Notes under the pieces: model-generated
The model's input: the letters and a program-made list of their open reading frames with translations, nothing else
What the model was told of the DNA's origin: nothing
The model's database searches: none
Shown here: positions 15,001-24,000 of the stretch, in pieces
How the letters are laid out: every line of letters begins with the position of its first letter
Numbering within the stretch: the first letter of the stretch is position 1
IMG/VR virus record: IMGVR_UViG_3300015615_001160
Span: 18,526 to 82,525 of that record
Length of the DNA stretch: 64,000 nt
Direction: 5' to 3' (one strand)
Source of the DNA: a virus
Taxonomy: Duplodnaviria; Heunggongvirae; Uroviricota; Caudoviricetes
Position numbers and translations under genes: made by a program

Positions 15001-18000
15001 CGCTCATCGTCGGCGGCGGCAATAGCGCCGGCACCCCGGTGACGGCTGGTCCGCTTGGCACGGGCACTCTCACCATCGCGGGCGGCACCACCATCCTCTC
15101 GGATGCCAGCCGCTCGGTGGCGAACCTCGTGACGGTGAACGGCAACTTCTCCTTCGGCGGCCTCGTCGCGGGCAATGCCCTCACGCTGGCCGGCCCGATC
15201 AACTTCGGCAGCGCCACCCGCACGATCACCGTCCCGGCTCCGGCCGTGGTCGGCGTCCTCGGCGGTGCGATCACGGGCAGCGCGGGTGTGGGCCTGACGA
15301 AGGAAGGCAACGGCATCCTGCGCCTCTCCGGCGCCGGCTCGAACTACACGGGTGACACCACGGTCAATGGCGGTGTGCTGCAAGCCGGCATTAGCCTGCT
15401 GCTCACCAACTCCGCCCTCGTGGTCAATCCCGGCGCGGTGTTCGATCTCAACGGCGCCAACACGCCGGTCTTCGCCTCGCTCTCAGGCGACACGCCGACC
15501 ACCGGCGGTCTCGTCACCAACTCCGGCGCATCGGGCACCCTCACCGTCGGTGCGGACGACTCGAACAGCAGCTTCGGCGGCGCCTTCACGGCGGCCACGG
15601 GCACGGCGCAGGGCTTCAACCTGAACAAGATCGGCACCGGTACGCTGGTCCTCACCGGCAGCCGCAGCAATGCGACTGGCGGCACGGCTGGCCTGACTGT
15701 CTCTCGCGGTACGGTCGAGATCAGCGGGGAAGGCGCGACGGCGTTCACCAACAATGTCGTCCTCTCGGGCGGCACGCTGAACCTCGACAACACGACCTAC
15801 GCGATCGAAAGCGAGAACTTCGACACCACCAGCGGCAACGCGACGGTGACGACGGGCTCGACCACCGATCTTCGCGTGGGCATGTCGGTCAGCGGCGCAG
15901 GCATCCCGACCGGCGCCGTGGTCTCGAGCATCCCGAACGGCACGACCTTCGTGCTCTCGATCGCGGCCAACGCCACGAACGCCGCCAGCGCGCTCGACTT
16001 CACGACGAACCGCCTCGGCGGCAACACGAAGAACGTGAACCTCAACGGCGGCACGTTCACGATGAACGGCAACGGCTCGTCGCTCGTGAACGAGACGATC
16101 AACCAGCTCGTGCCGGTCAGCGGCGGCAGCTCGCTCGTCCTCAACGGCGGCGCCGGCGGCAGCACGCGCCTCTCGGTCCTCACGCTTCCGGCCCAGGTGA
16201 CGGGTGCGACCGCGGTTTACAGCGGCCTCAGCACGACGGTCGGCGCGGGCACCGCGAACCTGACGATCAACACGTTCAACCCGCTTGCGAACCAGGGCAA
16301 CGGCCCCGCCGGCACCACCACGATGAGCATTCGCTCCGACATCCTCGGCGATGCGACCGCGGGTGGCGCGGGCACCGGCTTCCTCGTGCGCGATCCGGCG
16401 ACCGGCTTCGTGCGTCCGCTCGATGTGGGCACCGAAGTGGACGCGGCGCTGCCGAATACTTCGTTCGGGATCCATTCCCAGACGAGCGGTAATGCGACGA
16501 TCACTGGCGCTTCGACAGCGGGCCTCGTCGTCGGCCAGGCCGTCAGCGGCGCCGGCATCCCGGCCGGGGCGCGCGTCGCCAGCATCGTCAACGGCAGCAC
16601 CTTCGTGCTCTCGGCGAACACGACCGCCACGAACGCGAACAATGCGCTGACCTTCACGGCCAACCCGCTGGCCAACTACGGCAACTTCAGCGCCGGGGAG
16701 ACCTACAACTCGAACGCCATCGTCAACAGCCTCACGCTGAACACGGCCAATGGCATCACGAGCAGCGGTGGAGGCCAGAGCGGCCAAAACTACGGCCCGA
16801 CCGGCCTGAACACGCTGAGCGTGAACACTGGCGGCATCCTCGCGCTGGCCAGCAGCACGCTCAACGTGGGCGCGCTGAGCACCATCGGCAATGCGCAGTT
16901 CATCTTCCACACGGTGGGCGCCGGCACCACGCTGAACGTCAACGGCTACCTCAATGGCACCACCGGCGGTCTTACCAAGACCGGCGCGGGCACGCTGAAC
17001 ATCAACACCCCGACGTTCCACACCGGCACGACGACCGTGAACAACGGCTCCCTGGTGCTGGCGGGTGGCAATAACACCCTCGTGGTCAGCCCGAGTGCTT
17101 CGGTCCCGACGGTGCAGGCCCTCGTGGTCAATGGCGGCACGCTGAACCTCGGCTCGAACAGCCAGGCGGTGGGCAACATCACCAGCAACAACGCTCTCGC
17201 CAACAGCGGCGGCACGATTACCGGCACCGGCGGCACGCTGACCACCAGCGGCACTGGTAACCCGGCGACCTTCGGCGGCGTCATTGGCGGCTCGCTGAAC
17301 TTCGTCAAGGCGAACACGTCCAACCAGATCCTGACCTCCGCGCAGACCTACAACGGTAGCACCACGGTCATGGGCGGCACCCTGACGCTGCGCGACAGCG
17401 CCACGCTGGCCAGCACGACGATCAACGTCAACGGCGGCACGCTGCTCCTCGATAACGCGCAACTCGGCAACATCGCCAATCGCCTCCCGGCGAATGCGCT
17501 GGTCTCCCTGCGCAACGGCACCCTGCAACTCACTGGCGCGAACGTCGCCACCACCTCGGCGACCGTGGGCGGCACCGGCAGTGTCGCTCTCGCGCAAGGC
17601 GCGAGCACGATCAACGTGACCTCGCCGGTGTTTGCGACCAACAACACCGCGGAGCTGACCATCGGCGACCTGACCCGCGTCGCGGGAACGGCGGTGAACT
17701 TCACCGGCACCAACCTCGGCCAGAACGTGGCGGGCACCGGCCAGATCTTCCTCTCGAAGGTCGGCGGCGCGGCGTTCAACAGCGGCAGCCTCACCAATGG
17801 CCTCATCGGCGGTTGGGCGACGGTCGGCGGCACGGACTTCGCCAGCTACGTCGACTCGAACGCGTTGCAGGGCGGCGTGGGCGCCATGGGCACCACCGGC
17901 TTCCCGGCCTACTCGCTCGTCGCGCTCGGCGCCGGCACGTCCACGGATAACATCAACGCCAGTGGCACCCTTTCGGGCATCACGTCGCGCACGATCAATT

Positions 18001-21000
18001 CGCTGCGCATCCCGGCGGCAGCGACCATCACGATGGCCAGCGGCACCGATCGCCTCACCATCGGCACCGGCGGCTTGCTCGCCAACGGCGCGGCCAGCGT
18101 CATCACCGGCGGTGAACTGACGGCCGGCACGGCCGCGGGCGCCGAACTGTTCGTCTTCGCGAACAACACGGTGACCATCGCCAGCGCGATCGTCGACAAT
18201 GTCGGCGGCGCGGTGACGCTCGTGAAGAACGGCACCAACGCCCTCACGATCACCGGCAACAACGCTCTCGGCTACAGCGGCGGCACCGTCGTCAATGCGG
18301 GCACGCTCACGCTGAATACCGCAAGCGCCGACGGCAGCACGATCACCGCGCTGCGTGGCGACCTCACGATCAACAGCGGCGGCACGGTGACCCTGAGCAC
18401 CGCCAACCAGCTCCAGCAGACGGCGAACGTCGTCATCAACGGCGGCGGCATCCTGAACCTCGTCGGCACGAACACGCTGAGCGGCGCCACCTTCAACGGC
18501 AACAGCAGCACGACGGCCCCGGCGATCAACGTCGGTGACAGCCTCGTGCTCACGGCGGCAGCGCTCACCTCGGTGAACGACAACTTCGCCACCACGCCGG
18601 CCATCGCGGGCCGTCGCCTCGAACTAACGAACGCGACGCCGAGCATCAATACCTCGGGCGCTTCGACCAACAACCTCAACATCACCGCGGGCATCCACGC
18701 CGCGGGCGGCAACGTCGAGAAGACGGGCGCCGGTTCGGTGGTGCTGGCTCCGGCCCTCGCCACCACGGGCAACGCCACGACCTCGGGCAACACCACGGTG
18801 ACCATGGGCTCGACCAACGGCTTCGCCGTCGGCCAGGCCGTCACCGGTGCGGGCATCCCGGCGGGCGCGACCATTGCGGCCATCGTCGACGGCACGCGGA
18901 TCCAGTTGAGCGCGGCGCCCACGGCTACGGCCACGGGGGTGACGCTCACGGTGGCGGGCAGCACGTTCAACACGGGCATGACGCTCAGCGACGGTTCGCT
19001 CATCATCGCCGGCAGCTCGACTTCGATCTCCGGCACGGTGGTTTCCGGTCCGGTCGGCACGGGCACGCTGACGATCAACAGCAGCACCGCCAGCCTCATC
19101 GGCGATGGCGGCGCGGTGCGCACGGTCGGCAACGCCGTGTCGCTGAATACGGACCTCACCTTCGGCGGCACGCTGGCCAACAGCATCAACCTGTCCGGCC
19201 CGGTGAACTTCAACGGTGTGGCGCGCAACATCGCCGTCACCAACCCGAACGTCGTCAGCACGATCAGCGGCCTCATCACCATCCAGCCGGCGCTGGGCGG
19301 TACGGGCCTGACTAAGACGGGCAAGGGCATCCTCGTCCTCAGCGGCGCGAACACCAACGCCAACTTCACGGCGGGCGACACCACGATCGTGGGCACCACG
19401 GTGGCGGACGGCATCCTGCGCCTCGGCGCGAGCAACGCGATCCCGAGCGGCAGCTTGCTGACGATCAATGCGGGCGCTGAGTTCGACATCGCGGGCTTCG
19501 CTCAGACCAGCCTGCAGATCGGCGGCACCGGTCTCGTGACCAACTCGGGCGCGGCGCAGACGCTCACGATCGGCGGCACCACCACCGGCGACGTCACCAC
19601 CGATGTGGACAGCACCTTCGGCGGTGTCCTCCTCAATGGCACGAACGCGCTGAACCTGGCGAAGGTCGGGGCGGGTGATCTCACCCTCACCGGTGCGAAC
19701 CTCTACACGGGCATCGCGACCATCCAATCCGGCAAACTGATCGTCGGCGCGACCAACACGTTGCCGGCAGCCAGCACGGTGCAGGTGGGTAATTCCCTCA
19801 CCACCGCTGGCGTCGTTGCGACGTTCGACGTGACCCAGTTCGACCAGACCATCGCCCGACTCACAGCCGGCGCGACGACCGCGACGGGCACAGCGGTGGT
19901 GGACATCGCCACGGGCCGCACGCTCACCACCACGGGCAACGTGGTGCTGGGTGCGGATGCCGCGGCCTCCTCGACCGTGGTGAACTTCACCGGCGACGGC
20001 TCGTATGTGGCCAATGGCGCCCTCTTCCAGGTTGGCGGCGGCACGGGTGGCACCAATGCCAACTCGGCCACGGTGAGCATGGCGAACCTAGCCAACTTCA
20101 CCGCGAACCTCGGCCCGGCCGGTATCTTCCGCGTCGGTGACAGCAGCACGACCACGACGGCCGGCAACTCGACCCTGACCCTGTCGCCGAACAGCTCCAT
20201 CACCGCGAACCTTATCGGCATCGGCGACAACGCCGGCGGCGACAACGGGGTGCATCGCCTGCGCCTCGGCAGCGGCACGAACGTGCTCAATGCGAACACG
20301 ATCAACGTGGGCTCCGCCGGCATCGGCGGCGCCGCCGCCCGCGCTGATGGGGTGCTCGACTTTGCCGGCGGGACTGGGTCGCTGACGATCCGCAGTCAGG
20401 CCGATCCGGTGAATGGGTATGCGACACTCAATGTCGCCGCGTCGGCTGCGGGCACCGCCGCCGACATCGCTGGGACGTTCGATACGACGGGTCACTTGGC
20501 GGACCTGAACTTCTCCCTGATGAGCATCGGTCAGCGCAGCAACCTTACCGGCACGGCCACGGGCGTATTCAGCTTCGGCAGCGCCGGGTCCACCTTAGTC
20601 GCGTTCAATGCTGTCGCGGGCTACAAGGCCACAGGTTCCACGACCACTGGGATCGTCGATGGCGTCATCAACCTGTCCAGCGGAACATCGACCTTCCACA
20701 ATACGAGCAACCCATTCGCTCTCGGCCAGAACGATACGACCACCGGAACGGGCCGCGGCACGCTGAACATCTCCGGCGATGCGGTGGTAAACGTTGCAGC
20801 AAACGGTGCCATCTCTCAGATCTCCTTTGAGCTGGGTCGCAAGAATAGCACCGGTGCGGCCGTTGGTGTGATCAACATCACCGGTGGTGTGCTGAACTCC
20901 GCAGGCAACATCTACACGTTCGGCAATGGCGATGGAACGGTGAACCTCAACGGCGGCACGCTCAACATGTCCGGCAAAGCGATTGGCCAAGGGGCGAGCC

Positions 21001-24000
21001 CGCTCACGGGCATCTTTGCCTCCGGCACGTTGCAGAACCTCGGTGAGTTCAACGGCGGCGCGACGCTCAGCAAGACCACGGCCGGCACACTCAATATCGG
21101 CGGCACGAACACCTACACTGGCACGACCAGCGTCGCCGGTGGCGTCCTCAACGTCATCAGCACCGCTGCGCTCGGCACGACTGGCGCCGGCACTTCGGTG
21201 ACCGCGGGTGCGACGCTGAACTTTGCTGGCGTCGCCTACGGCAACGAAGCGCTCACGCTTAACGGCAACGGCTTCGGCAGCAACGGCGCCCTCACCGGCA
21301 CCGGGACCGCTTCGCACTCCGGCACGATCAACCTGGCTACCACCAGCAGCATCGGCATTGGCGCAGGCGCGGATACGCTGACCCTCTCCGGCAGCATCAG
21401 CGGCGCGGGCGGCCTCACGAAGGTTGGCGCGGGCACGCTCGTCCTCTCCGGCACAAACAGCTACGCGGGCGCTACGACGATCGATCTCGGCACGCTGAAA
21501 CTCGGCGCGACCGACGTGATCCCGCATGGCGCGGGCACGGGCAATGTGGCCGTCAACGGCGGCACGCTCGACCTCGCCGGCTTCAATGAGGACATCAACG
21601 GCCTCAGCGGCGCGGGCACCATCGACAACTCCGGCGGCGGCACCTCGGTGCTCACCGTGGGCCTGAACGACGCGACCAGCACCTTCAGCGGCACGATCCA
21701 GAATACGACCGGTTCCGTGCAGGTGATCAAGAACGGCACCGGCTCGCTGACCCTCAGCGGCACCACGAGCACCTTCTCCGGCGGCATCACCGTCAACGAC
21801 GGCACGCTGGTGATCGGCGCGAACAGCGTTCCGACGAGCGGCACCGTGACGAGCGGCCCGCTGGGCACTGGCACGCTGACGCTGAACACGGGCGCTTCGA
21901 TCGCCGGCGCGGCCACCACCGTGGCCAACGCGGTGCAGATCGACGGCAGCTTCTCGGTCGTCGGTGCAGGCGCGGCGCAGAACCTCACGCTCAACGGCGT
22001 GACGACGCTGGCCAACGGCACCCACACCATCACGGTCAACGACACCGATGCGACCACGGCCTTCGACGCCGATCTAGTGGCGACGATCGGCGGCGCGGTG
22101 GGCGGCGCGGGCAACATCATCAAGGCCGGCCTCGGCACGCTCGTGCTCTCCGGCTCGAACAACTACGCTGGCTCGACCACGGTCAATGGCGGCATCCTGC
22201 GTGTCGGCTCGACCGGGGCGATCCCGAGCGGTTCGCAGCTCCAACTCGGCAACAGCGGTGTCTTCGACCTCAACGGCTTCAACACCACTGCTGGTTCGCT
22301 CAGCAGCACGACGCCGACCGCGAACACCGCGCAAGTCATCAATACCGGCTCGGCGGCGACGCTGACTGTCGGCGGCGATGGCAATAGCACGGCCTACGGT
22401 GGCACGATTACCGGCCTGACCGCGCTGGTGAAGGAGGGCGTGGGTGCCCTTACGCTGAACAACGGCACGAGCACCTTCACCAATGGCGTCACCGTCAACG
22501 GTGGCACACTCGTCATCGGCGCTAGCAGCGACGCGGGCCCGACACAAGGACCGCTGGGCACCGGCACCCTTACCCTCTCGGCCAACTCCTCGCTCCAAGG
22601 CGCCAACACCAGCGTGAGCAACCCGGTGACCGTCAATGGCGACTTCACCTTCGCCGGCGACGACGACGCGCACAACCTGACGCTCAGCGGCAACGTGCAG
22701 CTCGGCGGCGCGACGCGCACCATCACCGTCGAAGACGATGACAACAGCGGCAACGACCCGCACACCGCGACGCTCAGCGGCAGCATCGACGGCACGATGG
22801 GCTTCATCAAGGCGGGCGACGGTATCCTCGTCGTCTCCGGGGGCAACATCTACACCGGCGACACCACGGTCGATGCGGGCATCCTCCGCGTCGGCGCGGC
22901 GAACTCGCTGCCGACCGGCACGGCGCTCATCATCAACAGCAACGGCAACTTCGACCTCAACGGCTTCAGCCAGCAGGTCGCGTCGCTCGCCGGCTTCGGC
23001 ACGGTGACCAACACCCACGCGACGGCGAACGTCTCGCTCACCGTCGATGGCAGTGCGAACACCAGCTTCTTCGGCGCGATCACGAACGGCATGGGCAGCG
23101 GCAACGTGAGCCTCCTGAAGGCTGGCACCGGCACGCTCACCCTCGGCGGTGTGAACTCCTACAAGGGCGCCACGAGCATCACCGGCGGCATCCTGAGCAT
23201 CAGCAACAGCCTCGCCCTCGGCACGACCGACAACGGCACGAACGTCAACGGCGGCACGCTCGAGTTGCAGAACAACATCACCGTCTCCGGTGAGACGCTC
23301 CTCATCGCCGGCGCCAATAGCGGCAACGGCGCGCTGCGCAACCTGAGCGGTTCCAATACCTGGGCCGGCCCGGTCTTCCTGACCAACGACGCGACGGTGA
23401 ACACCGTGGCGGACGACCTCACCATCTCCGGTGCGATCGACGGCAGCTCGACCCTCACCAAGACGGGCGCGGGCACGCTGGTCCTCAGCGGCACGAACAC
23501 CACGTTCACCGGCCTCATCGAGATCAATGGCGGCACCCTCAGCGCCGGCGCGAGCAACAACCTCGGCGACGCCTCGGCGACCAACTCGCTGGTGATCAAT
23601 GGCGGTACGCTCGAGGCGACGGCGACGTTCGACCTCGGCGCGGACCGCGGCATCACGATCGGCACGAGCGGGGCGGGCATCAAGGTCACGGCCGGCAGCA
23701 ACCTCACGGTGCCCGGTTCGCTGACCAGCGCCACGCCGGGCTCCGGCACGCTGACCAAGACCGATGACGGCACGCTGACCCTCAGCGGCGACAACACGGC
23801 CTTCAGCGGCCCGATCGCCATCAACGGCGGCGTCCTGAGCATCGACGAGAGCATCAACCTCGGCGACGAGTCGGCCACGAATACACTGTCCTTCGCGGGC
23901 GGCACGCTCCGGGCGACCGACAGCATCGATCTCACGGCCTCGCGGACGATCGCCCTCGGCACCGGCGGCGGCACGCTCGACGTAACCGGCTCGAACAACC